A stretch of 64,000 nucleotides of DNA from Rebecca billardiae RCC1528 (Eukaryota > Protista > Haptophyta): contig OZ251230.1 of NCBI GenBank assembly GCA_965240325.2, positions 2,604,001 through 2,668,000 of the forward strand, written 5' to 3'. Position 1 is the first letter of the stretch; the number at the start of each line of letters is the position of its first letter. The notes beneath the pieces are model-generated. The model saw only the letters and a program-made list of their open reading frames with translations, made no database searches and was not told the origin of the DNA. Positions 10,991-20,481 of this stretch are shown here, piece after piece. The position numbers were made by a program, and so were the translations under genes.

Positions 10991-11371
10991 GTCTCGCCAA
11001 GCCGCGTCGCCTTGCCGCGGTGCCGCCGGCTCACTCTTCAGTCTGCACGGACGGTCCCACTGGGTTACTGCGGAGCTCCATCATCAGCATGCATCATTGA
11101 TGATCCAACTTACTTTACGGTACGCATAGTACATCATGTATGCCCCGCTGCCCGTTGCACGCCACGGCCTGGCACGCGAGCGACCGAGCGTGTTCTACCG
11201 GAAGTGTAACGGCTATAACTAGCCGGCAGTAACAGCGGCCGGGCCATTTGAACCGGCGCGAGATGCAATCTCGAGCCGCGGTCCGAACCACGCCAACTGG
11301 CACGGCTGCCCGCGTCGATCGCGCGACTTGGCTCGCACCGCAGCGCGGTTGGACCGACGACGACGACAGCG

Positions 11372-12556
11372 ATGTCCGAGGAGGAGCCGCAGCCGCACCC
11401 GTCGTGGCAGCCCGCGCCCGAGGTGGGCGAGGACCCGCCCGAGCTCACGGGGCGGCGGAAGGCCGTGCTCATCGGCGTCAACTACTTCGGCACCTCCGCC
11501 GAGCTCAAGGGGTGCATCAACGACGTGCACTCGATCAAGGAGTTGTTGGCCGAGCACGGCTGGGAGGAGTCGGACGAGACGATGATCGTGCTCACCGACG
11601 ACCAGGAGGACCCGTCGAAGCAGCCGACCAGGGACAACATCATGTCCGCCTGCCGCTGGCTCACCGACGGCGCCGAGGCCGGCGACGTTCTCTTCTTTCA
11701 CTACTCGGGGCACGGCGCGCAGCAGGCCGACCCCGAGTTCGCCGAGGAGGACGGGATGGACGAGACGATCTGCCCGGTGGACATGGCGTCGGCGGGTCAG
11801 ATCACCGACGGCCAGCTCGCCGAGGCGCTCGTGCAGCCGCTCCCCTCCGGCGTGCGGCTCACCGCCATCCTCGACTGCTGCCACTCCGGCACGGGCCTCG
11901 ACCTGCCGTTCATGCTCAAGCTGCAGGGCGGGAACTTCGAGGAGGACACCAACCCGTGGCACACGAGCGGGGACGTGATCTTCTTCTCGGGCTGCCTCGA
12001 CGAGCAGACCTCCGCCGACTTCCGCCCGCGGTACGGCGCGCCCGCCGGCGCGATGACGTCCGCGTTCACCAAGGTGGCGCGCTCAGGCGAGGCGGTGGGC
12101 CAGATGAACTACCACGACCTGATGTCGGCGCTCGACGGCGCGATGCGCGAGGGCGGGTTCACGCAGCGGCCGCAGTGCTCGGCCACGCAGTGCTTCGACG
12201 TCGACGCGCGCCGCTTCGGCTTCGACGACATCCAGCCCAACACCAACCCGATGGTCGGCCGGCAGTTCAAGGTGAAACACAAGAAGCCGAGGCGCAAGTT
12301 CGACGGTGGGCTCGCGCAGATGCTCGCCGCCGGGCCGGCGGGGTACCTCGCGGTCGCCTCCGCGCTGTACTACGCGAAGGACGCCGGCGAGTTCGCCGAG
12401 ACGGCGGGCGAGCTGCTGCTCGACGGCGCCGAGATGCTCACCGGCGGCATGGACGAGCAGACGCGCAGCGTCGCCACCGGCTTCTGCAACTGTTTCGCGC
12501 AGATGCTCGGCCAGATGATCAAAGGCGGCGACAAGCAGGCGGAGCCGATGGAGTGA
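11372..12556 (+). CDS. Metacaspase (peptidase C14B), p20-p10 domain order
   Basis: RKAVLIGVNY, LKGCINDV, FFHYSGHG (catalytic His), DETICPVD, ILDCCHSG (catalytic Cys), FSGCLDEQTSAD. Confidence 0.95.
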   Translation: MSEEEPQPHPSWQPAPEVGEDPPELTGRRKAVLIGVNYFGTSAELKGCINDVHSIKELLAEHGWEESDETMIVLTDDQEDPSKQPTRDNIMSACRWLTDGAEAGDVLFFHYSGHGAQQADPEFAEEDGMDETICPVDMASAGQITDGQLAEALVQPLPSGVRLTAILDCCHSGTGLDLPFMLKLQGGNFEEDTNPWHTSGDVIFFSGCLDEQTSADFRPRYGAPAGAMTSAFTKVARSGEAVGQMNYHDLMSALDGAMREGGFTQRPQCSATQCFDVDARRFGFDDIQPNTNPMVGRQFKVKHKKPRRKFDGGLAQMLAAGPAGYLAVASALYYAKDAGEFAETAGELLLDGAEMLTGGMDEQTRSVATGFCNCFAQMLGQMIKGGDKQAEPME

Positions 12557-13246
12557 GGCGGGAGGGCGTGGCACAGCGTCAGCGGCGGCGGGGGGCTGGC
12601 GGGCCGACGCGCTGCCGCGGCCGAGGGCGGGGCGCGCGCCCGGGCCGGGCTGGGCTGGATGCGGTGGCAGCCGGCTGCCGATGGTGGCACGTGCCGAGCT
12701 CGCGCGACGGGCGAACGGACGACGTCGACAACGGCTCGACGACCCGATTATTGCGCCGCGCGCAGTTTGATGTAGGTGCCCATGCCCTGACGACATGATG
12801 CCGATTCGGTGCGGCGGCGCCCCGCCGGCCCCGCGGTTGGCGTTGAACTGGCCTTGCACGGCAGCGGGGCGGCTTGCTCGGGTCGCCGGCCGCGCGGTTC
12901 GGGTTCGGGTTCCCGGCGACCCGGGTTGACGGGTTCCACTGCACTGCGATGGCGTCTTTTCGATCGCAGCTCGCCGTGACGTCACTTGAGACTGCATCAT
13001 GTCAGAGCCCATTGTCAGGCAACACGCCGGAACAGGCCCACGCCGCCCACGCGGCCGGGCAACATAACGCTGAGCGCAGAGCGCATCTAGTTAGTTACTT
13101 CATCTCATGATAGTTGATTGGCATTTGATGGCCGGCGGTGTTTTATAAAAATAAATAAAACACGCGCGCTGCGGCGCGCATTATTTTTCCCTCGCCAAAC
13201 TTCAGAAAAAGCGCGAGTGCGCGACCCTTGGCCCTGCGTGATCACG

Positions 13247-15145
13247 ATGGTGGCCAGCGGCGGCGCGGCGGCCGTCTTCGTCTACGGCTCGCTCATGTCG
13301 GCGCGCGTGCTGCGCACGCTGCTCGGCCGCGTGCCGACGCGCACGCCGGCCACGCTCCCCGGCTTCCGCCGCGCCTCCGTCCTCGGCGCCCCGTACCCCG
13401 CCATCGTGCGGGACGAGCACGGCGGCGACGCGGACGCGCCGCCGGGCGTGTGCGGGATGCTCCTTGCCGACCTTACGCCGCGCGAGCGCGAGATCCTCGA
13501 CCTGTTCGAGGACGCGGACGACGACGAGTACGACAAGCTGCTCGTCCACGTGCGCGCGCCGCCCGGCGACGCGCCCGTGCGCGCGAGCGCGTACGTGTGG
13601 CGTGAGGCGATGCGCCACAGGCTGATCTTTGGCGGCGCCGACGGCGGCGGCGCGCCGGAGTGGAGCCTGGAGGCGTTCGAGCGCGCCGAGAGCCTCGAGC
13701 CGTTCCTGCAGGAGTGCGAGGCGTTCGTTGCCGCCGGCTACCGTTGGCTGGACGACGAGCCAGCGCCCGCTGCCGCGCGCGCAGCCGTGGGTGCAGACGG
13801 CGGCGCTCCGCTCGGCGGCGCCGCCGCCGCCGCCACGGGGGCGGAGGGCGGCGGCGGCTCGGCGTTTGCGTTCGGGTTCGCACTCGACGGCGCGCCGGCT
13901 GCTGGGCCGGTGCCGTTGGCCAGGGCCGCGGCCCACGCGCCGCCCGCGGCGGCGGTGCCCCCGGCCGTCGAGCTCCGCACCGCCACGGCCACGCCGGCGG
14001 CGCCGCGATCAGAGCCTGGCGGGGCAACGGCGCCACCACCACGGGCTGAGGAGGGCGCGCCGCCGCCGCCGACACTCGTGGCCGGCTGGAGCGTGCGGCT
14101 GGTGCGCGGCTCGGCGCTGGCCGCGAGCCGCGCGCCGCCGGCGCGCGCGAGCCCCCCGGCCGCCGAGTCGCGCGCCGAGCCCACGCCCGGCGCGACCGGC
14201 TGGGCGGTGTGGAGCCACGTGCCGCCAGACGACGCGGCGGCGCGGCTGGTGCCGGCGATGCGGTCCGTCGGCGGGAGCGCGCAGCTGGACGTGCTGCCCG
14301 GCGTGTACGAAGGCGGGTTCAAGACGTGGGAGGGCGCGCTCGACCTGTGCGCGTACGTGCACACGCACGCGCGCGCGCTGCTCGACGCGTGCGCGCCGCC
14401 GGCCGGCGCGGACGGGCTGCGCTGCGCCGAGCTCGGCTGCGGCTCGGCACTGCCCTCCCTCGTACTGCTGCGCGAAGCGGCGCGGCTGGGAGCAGGCGGC
14501 GCGCGCGGCGCGGCGCGGCGGCTGCGCGAGCTGTGGCTGCAGGACTTCAACGCGGAGGTGCTCGAGCAGCTCGCCGAGCCGAACGCGCGGCTGAACGGCG
14601 CGGGGCCGAGCCCGCGCATCCGGCTGCTGGCTGGGGACTGGCGCGTCTGCGCGCCGCTGCTACTCGGCCGGCAGTCCGCGCGGCACGCGCCGGGTGGCGC
14701 GGGCGGCGAGGAGGCGGGGCGCGCGCCGAAGCGCGCGCGCGGCGCCGGCGGCGCGGAGGGCGGCGCCCAGCCGGCTCCGCTGGACTCCCTCGACCCGGAC
14801 TACCTCGACCTCGTGCTCAGCGCGGAGACCATCTACTCGGAGGCGGCGCTCGAGGGGCTGTGGCTGCTGCTGCGCACGCTGCTGCGCCCGGGCAGCGGCT
14901 GCGCGCTCGTGGGCGCAAAGAGCTACTACTTTGGCGTGGGCGGCGGCGTCGCGCAGCTTGTCGAGCGCGTGCGCGCGGACGTGGACGGCGCGGGGCGGCC
15001 GCGCTTCGAGGCGGAGCGCGTCGCGACGATCGAGGACGGTGCGAGCAATCGGCGTGAGGTGCTGCTCATCCGCGCGCTGCATGCCGCATCGAGCATCCGC
15101 GGCGCCGGGGCGGATGCCGAGCCGTTCGACGGCTCTGACTCGTAG
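13247..15145 (+). CDS. Fusion of a gamma-glutamylcyclotransferase/AIG2-like domain and a METTL18/Hpm1-like histidine methyltransferase
   Basis: N-terminal VFVYGSLM...ATLPGFRR...PYPAI...ILDLFE..EY (GGCT/AIG2-like). C-terminal DVLPGVYEGGFKTWEGALDL, ELGCGSALP, LQDFNAEVL, LSAETIYS, AKSYYFGVGGG (METTL18 family). One uninterrupted frame. Confidence 0.85.
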   Translation: MVASGGAAAVFVYGSLMSARVLRTLLGRVPTRTPATLPGFRRASVLGAPYPAIVRDEHGGDADAPPGVCGMLLADLTPREREILDLFEDADDDEYDKLLVHVRAPPGDAPVRASAYVWREAMRHRLIFGGADGGGAPEWSLEAFERAESLEPFLQECEAFVAAGYRWLDDEPAPAAARAAVGADGGAPLGGAAAAATGAEGGGGSAFAFGFALDGAPAAGPVPLARAAAHAPPAAAVPPAVELRTATATPAAPRSEPGGATAPPPRAEEGAPPPPTLVAGWSVRLVRGSALAASRAPPARASPPAAESRAEPTPGATGWAVWSHVPPDDAAARLVPAMRSVGGSAQLDVLPGVYEGGFKTWEGALDLCAYVHTHARALLDACAPPAGADGLRCAELGCGSALPSLVLLREAARLGAGGARGAARRLRELWLQDFNAEVLEQLAEPNARLNGAGPSPRIRLLAGDWRVCAPLLLGRQSARHAPGGAGGEEAGRAPKRARGAGGAEGGAQPAPLDSLDPDYLDLVLSAETIYSEAALEGLWLLLRTLLRPGSGCALVGAKSYYFGVGGGVAQLVERVRADVDGAGRPRFEAERVATIEDGASNRREVLLIRALHAASSIRGAGADAEPFDGSDS

Positions 15146-15263
15146 TGTAGACTGTAGTCGTATACGTTGCGCATGCCGCTCAGCAGTAGTCTCACTGTCG
15201 CGTGGTCCGCCGTGTCGAGCGCGCCGTCGGAAGATTCGTCATATATATCATCGATCATCATTA

Positions 15264-15468
15264 ATTCAAGCCGTCCCGGCCTGTATTCAAGTACGGTACC
15301 AAGTACTATGATGATATGAGTAATGTGACTATGTTGAATCGACATCTCACATTACTCATCATCCCGCCCAGCCCGAATCGACATCATCGTCTACTGTATC
15401 CTCATTATTCAAGCCGTCCGCCTGTATTGTACGTACCAAGTACTATGATGATATGAGTAATGTGAGAT
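15264..15468. repeat. Local direct-inverted-direct duplication in intergenic DNA
   Basis: A ~60-bp unit (attcaagccgtcc...gtaccaagtactatgatgatatgagtaatgtga) at 15264-15328 and 15407-15465. 15344-15359 is the exact reverse complement of 15453-15468. Confidence 0.85.
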
Positions 15469-15499
15469 TTTGAACGAAATCGCCTCGCGGCCCGCGGGC

Positions 15500-16780
15500 A
15501 TGGCGGGCACGCTTGGCGGAGCGCGATCGAGCGCAGCCCGTGGACTGCAACGGCTCGGCCATCACGCGCAGCGGTGGCGGCTTGACGCCAGGCCAGGCAA
15601 TGGCGGCGCTCTTCTCGCGCCGCAGCCGCGTGCGCGTCTCGCCTGCCAGCTGCTGCTCTGTGCGGCGCTCGCGCCCGCTGCGTGCGCGGCGGACAGCGCA
15701 GACCTCCCGCCGGCCGGCAGGCAGGCTCGTCCGATGGCTGCCGCGGCAAGGAGGCTGTCGGTGGCTGATGATGACCCATGCGGCCGGTTCACGCACCCGC
15801 CGAACATCACCAGGGCGTACTACATCAACCGGCGCGACGACTCGACGAGGCGGCGCTTCATGGAGCGCACGCTCGCAGAGGCAGGCCTCGCGGCCGAGCG
15901 CCTTGTCGCCATCGAGCCGCCCGCGGCCGACATCGCGCGCGTGCTGAGCAAGCAGAGAGGCGTGGCGCCCGGCTCGGACTTCATGCGGCTGCTCTACTCG
16001 CAGCAGCGCTGCGCGGCGAAGACCACGCGGCCCCCGCCCCAGCCGCCCACCGTGTGCGTGAATCCGATGCTCCTCAACTCGCTGAGCTGCCCGCACTTCT
16101 CCGCCTACGGCGCCAACTGGACGGACGTGCTGCGGACGCGCGGGCTGACGAAGCGGCTGTGCGGCTTTCTGCTCGCCAACTTCCTCAGCGGGCTCGCCGC
16201 CGTGCGGCGCATCCACCACGACCTCGCCGAGCTGCGCGCCGCCGAGCCCGCCCCCGCTGAAGGTGAGCGCGTGCGCCGCGCGCCGCGGCCGGACGAGCGG
16301 TATGTCCTGCTGCTTGAGGACGACACGCAGGTGCTCCCGGACTGGCGGCGGCGGCTTTGCCGCCTGCTGCGCGAGTTCCCGCCGCACACGTGGGACCTCG
16401 CCAAGGTGGACGTCGACGGCGCGGAACGCTCCACGCCGCGCATGCAGCTGCAGCGGCTGGCCGCGCTGTCCAAGCCGCCCTACACGCCCGAGCAGCTCGC
16501 GCGGCTGCGCGCAGACCCGGCGGCATGGAAGGCCAACACGCGCGCGGACATGCTGCGGGTGCCGCACGTGTTCGGCGTTGCGGCGCTGCTGCTCCGCGAG
16601 AGCGCCGTGCCGGCGCTGCTCACCCTTATGGAGTGGAGCGACATGCTGCCGACGGATTTCCTCGTGGCCAAGTGGACGCTGCGCCGCACGATCCGCCTCG
16701 CGATTTCGAACGAGAAGCTGTTCGACTCGATCACGGCGCTGCAGCTGCAGTCCTCGCATCCCATGGATGTTGATGCGTGA
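15500..16780 (+). CDS. Glycosyltransferase family 25-like protein (start uncertain)
   Basis: RAYYINRRDDSTRRRFM resembles the GT25 N-terminal YxINL..R.DRR motif. VLLLEDD metal-binding motif; hydrophobic LACQLLLCAALAPAACAA near the N-terminus. Confidence 0.65.
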   Translation: MAGTLGGARSSAARGLQRLGHHAQRWRLDARPGNGGALLAPQPRARLACQLLLCAALAPAACAADSADLPPAGRQARPMAAAARRLSVADDDPCGRFTHPPNITRAYYINRRDDSTRRRFMERTLAEAGLAAERLVAIEPPAADIARVLSKQRGVAPGSDFMRLLYSQQRCAAKTTRPPPQPPTVCVNPMLLNSLSCPHFSAYGANWTDVLRTRGLTKRLCGFLLANFLSGLAAVRRIHHDLAELRAAEPAPAEGERVRRAPRPDERYVLLLEDDTQVLPDWRRRLCRLLREFPPHTWDLAKVDVDGAERSTPRMQLQRLAALSKPPYTPEQLARLRADPAAWKANTRADMLRVPHVFGVAALLLRESAVPALLTLMEWSDMLPTDFLVAKWTLRRTIRLAISNEKLFDSITALQLQSSHPMDVDA

Positions 16781-17292
16781 TGTGACCATGATGGGACGAT
16801 TTCGATGAACGAGATAGTCATCATCGAATATAAGCTGTTCGACTCGATCACCCTTGGCCTTATATATATATATGCAGCCGCAGCCCGTCACCCGCCAGAG
16901 TCATACCGAGACTCGGGCAGACTCCGAGTCTCGTCAGATCACTGACTCTCAGTACTCTCGATCAGAGTGCCCGACTGACGGGCCGACTGAGCGCGGCCAG
17001 AGTCCGCGCGGACGATCGTCGGAGCAGCAGCAGCAGGCTTCGTACGCTATATACCGCTTATTGCTGATGACAGTTTTATATAGCGCTAGACGACGCGCGA
17101 TACGACACTCACCAGACCGTCGGCGTGATCGTCGTCGGTGCACATCACTCAGCGGCGCACTTCTCCGCCGCGACCGCCGCGCCAGTGACACTGCAGCACG
17201 GCCCGCGAGCTCGGCGTGAACTCGTCGTCTGCGCCCTGAAGCCAGACGCGACGGCCCAGTACAGCCCCGCGCGGCGGCAGCATCGGCCTCGG

Positions 17293-18402
17293 TCACGGGA
17301 CCAGCGACGGCGCCGCCCCCCGCCTCCCAGGGAGAGGCCTTTCGAACACGGGGCTCGCCGGGCCGGCGGCGCCGCCGCGGCCATCCGCGACCCGCGTCCA
17401 CTCGACAACGCCAGTCGCGCGCGGTAGGCACGCGCGCAGCGTGAAGTTGCGGTGTCGCAGCCAGACGTTACGCCCGACCGCGCCCGGGTAGATGCTCTCG
17501 TACGTGCCGGGGCTCGCCCGCTCCACAAACTCCAGCACCTGCTCCTGGTAGCCGGCCGGCCGGTACTTCGGGGGCCCCACCTCGATCACGAGGACCCCAA
17601 AGGACACGCGCGCCCAGTCGATCGTGCGGAGCAGCGAGAGCTCGGCGCCCTCGACGTCGAGGATCGCGAAGTCGATCCAGCGCAGGCCGAGGTGCGCGAA
17701 CAGCGCCGAGAGCGGCACGCAGGTCACCGGGGTGATCCGCCTGTCGGCGGGGATCGGCGGTGTCCGTCCGGCGGCGCGCGCCTCGGCATCCACCGCAGCC
17801 ACGCGCGCCCAGCTGCGCCCGCTGCTCTCGAAGAGCGCGCGCGCGACGTCGTGGAAGCTGGCGAGGAATCTGGGCTCCATGAACTCGGCGATCCCGCCGA
17901 TCTGCGGCATGGCCTCGCTGCTCAGGTAGTGCACGACGCCTGGCGTGCTGCAGATGGCCGCCTGCACGCCGATAGCGCCTGGAGACACGGAGCGTCGCCT
18001 CTGGCGCAGGGTCGGGTTCGCGTCGACGATCAGCCGCTGCGAGTGCATGACCCGCTCGAAGGGGAGCGACTCGCTCGAGAGCTTGCCGTCGAGCCCGCCC
18101 AGCTCCATCACCACGCCGCCGAGCCGCTCGCAGAACATGCTGCGCATGGCGTCGTGCGCCTCGCAGTCTGACACGCCCGCGCGGCACGAGGTGCCAAGCG
18201 CCTTCAGAGCGCGCGCGTGCCATCCAACGGCCTCCTGGACGGTCGGCACCGGACGCAAGGGCGGTGTGCGCTCCAGGGCGGAACTGGGACCTGCCCACGC
18301 GGCGGGGAGATCAATAGCATCTCTCAGCAGCGCGCTCGCGTTCGGAGGCGGCGACACGCCTGCCGCGCACGTCGCCGCGAGCAGCAGGAGCGATGCGCGC
18401 AT
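17293..18402 (-). CDS. FkbM-family (Methyltransf_21) SAM-dependent methyltransferase with signal peptide
   Basis: Start MRASLLLLAATCAAG; VMELGGLDGKLSSES, LIVDANP, IDFAILDVEGAELSLLRTIDW..VSFGVLVIE. Confidence 0.85.
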   Translation of the reverse strand: MRASLLLLAATCAAGVSPPPNASALLRDAIDLPAAWAGPSSALERTPPLRPVPTVQEAVGWHARALKALGTSCRAGVSDCEAHDAMRSMFCERLGGVVMELGGLDGKLSSESLPFERVMHSQRLIVDANPTLRQRRRSVSPGAIGVQAAICSTPGVVHYLSSEAMPQIGGIAEFMEPRFLASFHDVARALFESSGRSWARVAAVDAEARAAGRTPPIPADRRITPVTCVPLSALFAHLGLRWIDFAILDVEGAELSLLRTIDWARVSFGVLVIEVGPPKYRPAGYQEQVLEFVERASPGTYESIYPGAVGRNVWLRHRNFTLRACLPRATGVVEWTRVADGRGGAAGPASPVFERPLPGRRGAAPSLVP

Positions 18403-18900
18403 GGCGGGTGTGCCTGGCGCCTGTAGCAACGAGCGCCAGGGGAGGGCCGGTCCGTCCAACACGCTCCGCTGCTGCGTGCTGCGGCGTCGGGCGCGGTGCC
18501 GACGCGTCCAGCGCGGGAAAGAGATGTGCACCGACGACTGTGACGAGTTGCGGCGCGGGTGCGCACCCACCTCGTTCGCTCTGCTGCCGAGTGAACCGTT
18601 TCAACGCCCGGCGGGCATTCATTGACAGTGCATTGACTATACGACTCATCAGCATCAAGCTACAATATCCCCACCCCCATACAGTACTACCGTACAACAC
18701 TCAACAGAGTTACACTCAACAGAGTCCAGTACAGTACACGCACTACACGCTCACTACACGGAGTCCGGACGACGATCTGACCGACGTCAGGACCCGGTGA
18801 GCTACGCCGACGGGCTGCTCATAAGTACGACCGCGGGGCCTACGCGGCGTCGTCAGCGCCGCGCTGCAGCTGATGATGCTCATCGGAGTCATCGTCAGCA

Positions 18901-20481
18901 TCATCCGCACGCGACGGGAACGACGCGCTCGCCGCCAAAGCGCGACGCGCACGCGTCGTCGACGAGCGCGCGCCACTCCGCCTCGGTCCGCGGCTCCTGC
19001 CGCGGGCGCGGGAGGAGCGGCCCGCCTCTGGGCGAGCGGCCGGACGCCGGGTCGAGCACGACGAGCGTCGGCCCGCGCGGCGGCGGCGCGCGCTCGGCCG
19101 GCGGCTCGGCGCGCGGCGCGCGCGGCGGCGCGCTGGCAAAGATGCTCCTGGCGCGCTTGCCCATGTGCATGTGCAGCATTGCGGCGTGGTCGTACCGCCG
19201 GTCGGGCGTGCGCCACGCGGCGGCGCGCACGCGGAGCACGCCGTCGGTGTACGCCACCTCCTCGCCCATCGCGCCGCCGAGGTGCGCGCCGCCAAGGCCC
19301 GTGCACACGCGCCACTCGAGCTGCTTCACCCACGCGGTGCAGCTCGTGTTGGGCGCGCGCGCCACCGGCACCCACTCGCCCGCAGGCTCGAAAAGTCCGG
19401 GCAGTCCGGCGGAGTGGCGGAGCTCGGCCGCGGCGGCGGGCGAGTCGTCCCGGTCCGCGCCGGGCCCGAGCTCGCATGCCCCGCGCCGCCGCCCCGCGCC
19501 CTGCCCGCCGTCGCTCGGGCAGTGGCGGAGCGAGCCGCCCACCAGCGCAAAGGGGCCGGAGGCATTAAGGTCTGTCCAGAACGTGTACCGCCACTTGATC
19601 CGCAGGTGCGGCCGGTGGCTGAGCGCGGCGGCGGAGTAGCAGCCCTCGTCGGTCGGGTTGAACGCGGGCTTGCGCTGCTTCCGCACCTTCCGCCCCTCGC
19701 GCCTCGCCGCCGCCGCCGCCGCGCCGATCGCGCCCAGCTCCTCCAGCTTGCGCACCAGCTCAGACCTCAGCCCCGGGCCCACAAACTCGCACGCCCTGTA
19801 CACGGTGTTCACGGCGTGCGCGTTGCGGTGGAGCGTGAGCTGCCCGCGGAGGAAGAGGCTCCAGTGGTCGCCGTACGTGTACGTCACCAGGTCGTACTCC
19901 GCCAGCTCCGACGCCGTGACGAACAGCGGCAGATCGCCGTAGACCACGTCCGTGTCCGAAAACGCCCAGTGGGTGTACGGCTGTAGCCAGCGCGCAAACA
20001 CGACGCCGTACGCGGGCTTGTACTCGACGACCATGTACGGCACCTTGCGGAAGATGGCCGTCATGTGCCGGAGCACGGCCGCCCCCTCGGTCGGCGGCAG
20101 CCCCTCTTCCGCCGCCAGCGCGGTCGCCACCTGCCGCGCGAGCCCGTCTTGGCCGAGGTCGACGAGCTGCACGTTGGGCGGCACGCGCATGCGCGCGAGC
20201 TTCGGGTGGGACTCGTGGAAGACGAAGAAGTCGAAGAGGTACTCGGAGGTGGCGCACGACGACAGCGTGTGCTGCATGTACGACGGTACGTTCTTGCCCA
20301 GCCACGGCAGCACCACCGCCACGCGGTACGTCGGGTGGCGCTCGCCGGCCGGCGCGCCGCCGCTCGCACCGCCGCTCGCGCCGCCGCTCGCGCCGCCGAG
20401 CGACGGCGGCGCGGGCTCCGGCGCGCCCCGACTGACGCGCAGCGCAAGCACGACGGCAACCCATGCGCGCCGCCCCAGCAT
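18901..20481 (-). CDS. DUF6625-like putative glycosyltransferase with N-terminal signal/anchor
   Basis: VVLPWLGKNVPSY, VEYKPAYGVVF...YTHWAFSDTDVVYGDL (DxD motif) and LRGQLT, as I recall the DUF6625 pattern. Confidence 0.7.
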   Translation of the reverse strand: MLGRRAWVAVVLALRVSRGAPEPAPPSLGGASGGASGGASGGAPAGERHPTYRVAVVLPWLGKNVPSYMQHTLSSCATSEYLFDFFVFHESHPKLARMRVPPNVQLVDLGQDGLARQVATALAAEEGLPPTEGAAVLRHMTAIFRKVPYMVVEYKPAYGVVFARWLQPYTHWAFSDTDVVYGDLPLFVTASELAEYDLVTYTYGDHWSLFLRGQLTLHRNAHAVNTVYRACEFVGPGLRSELVRKLEELGAIGAAAAAARREGRKVRKQRKPAFNPTDEGCYSAAALSHRPHLRIKWRYTFWTDLNASGPFALVGGSLRHCPSDGGQGAGRRRGACELGPGADRDDSPAAAAELRHSAGLPGLFEPAGEWVPVARAPNTSCTAWVKQLEWRVCTGLGGAHLGGAMGEEVAYTDGVLRVRAAAWRTPDRRYDHAAMLHMHMGKRARSIFASAPPRAPRAEPPAERAPPPRGPTLVVLDPASGRSPRGGPLLPRPRQEPRTEAEWRALVDDACASRFGGERVVPVACG

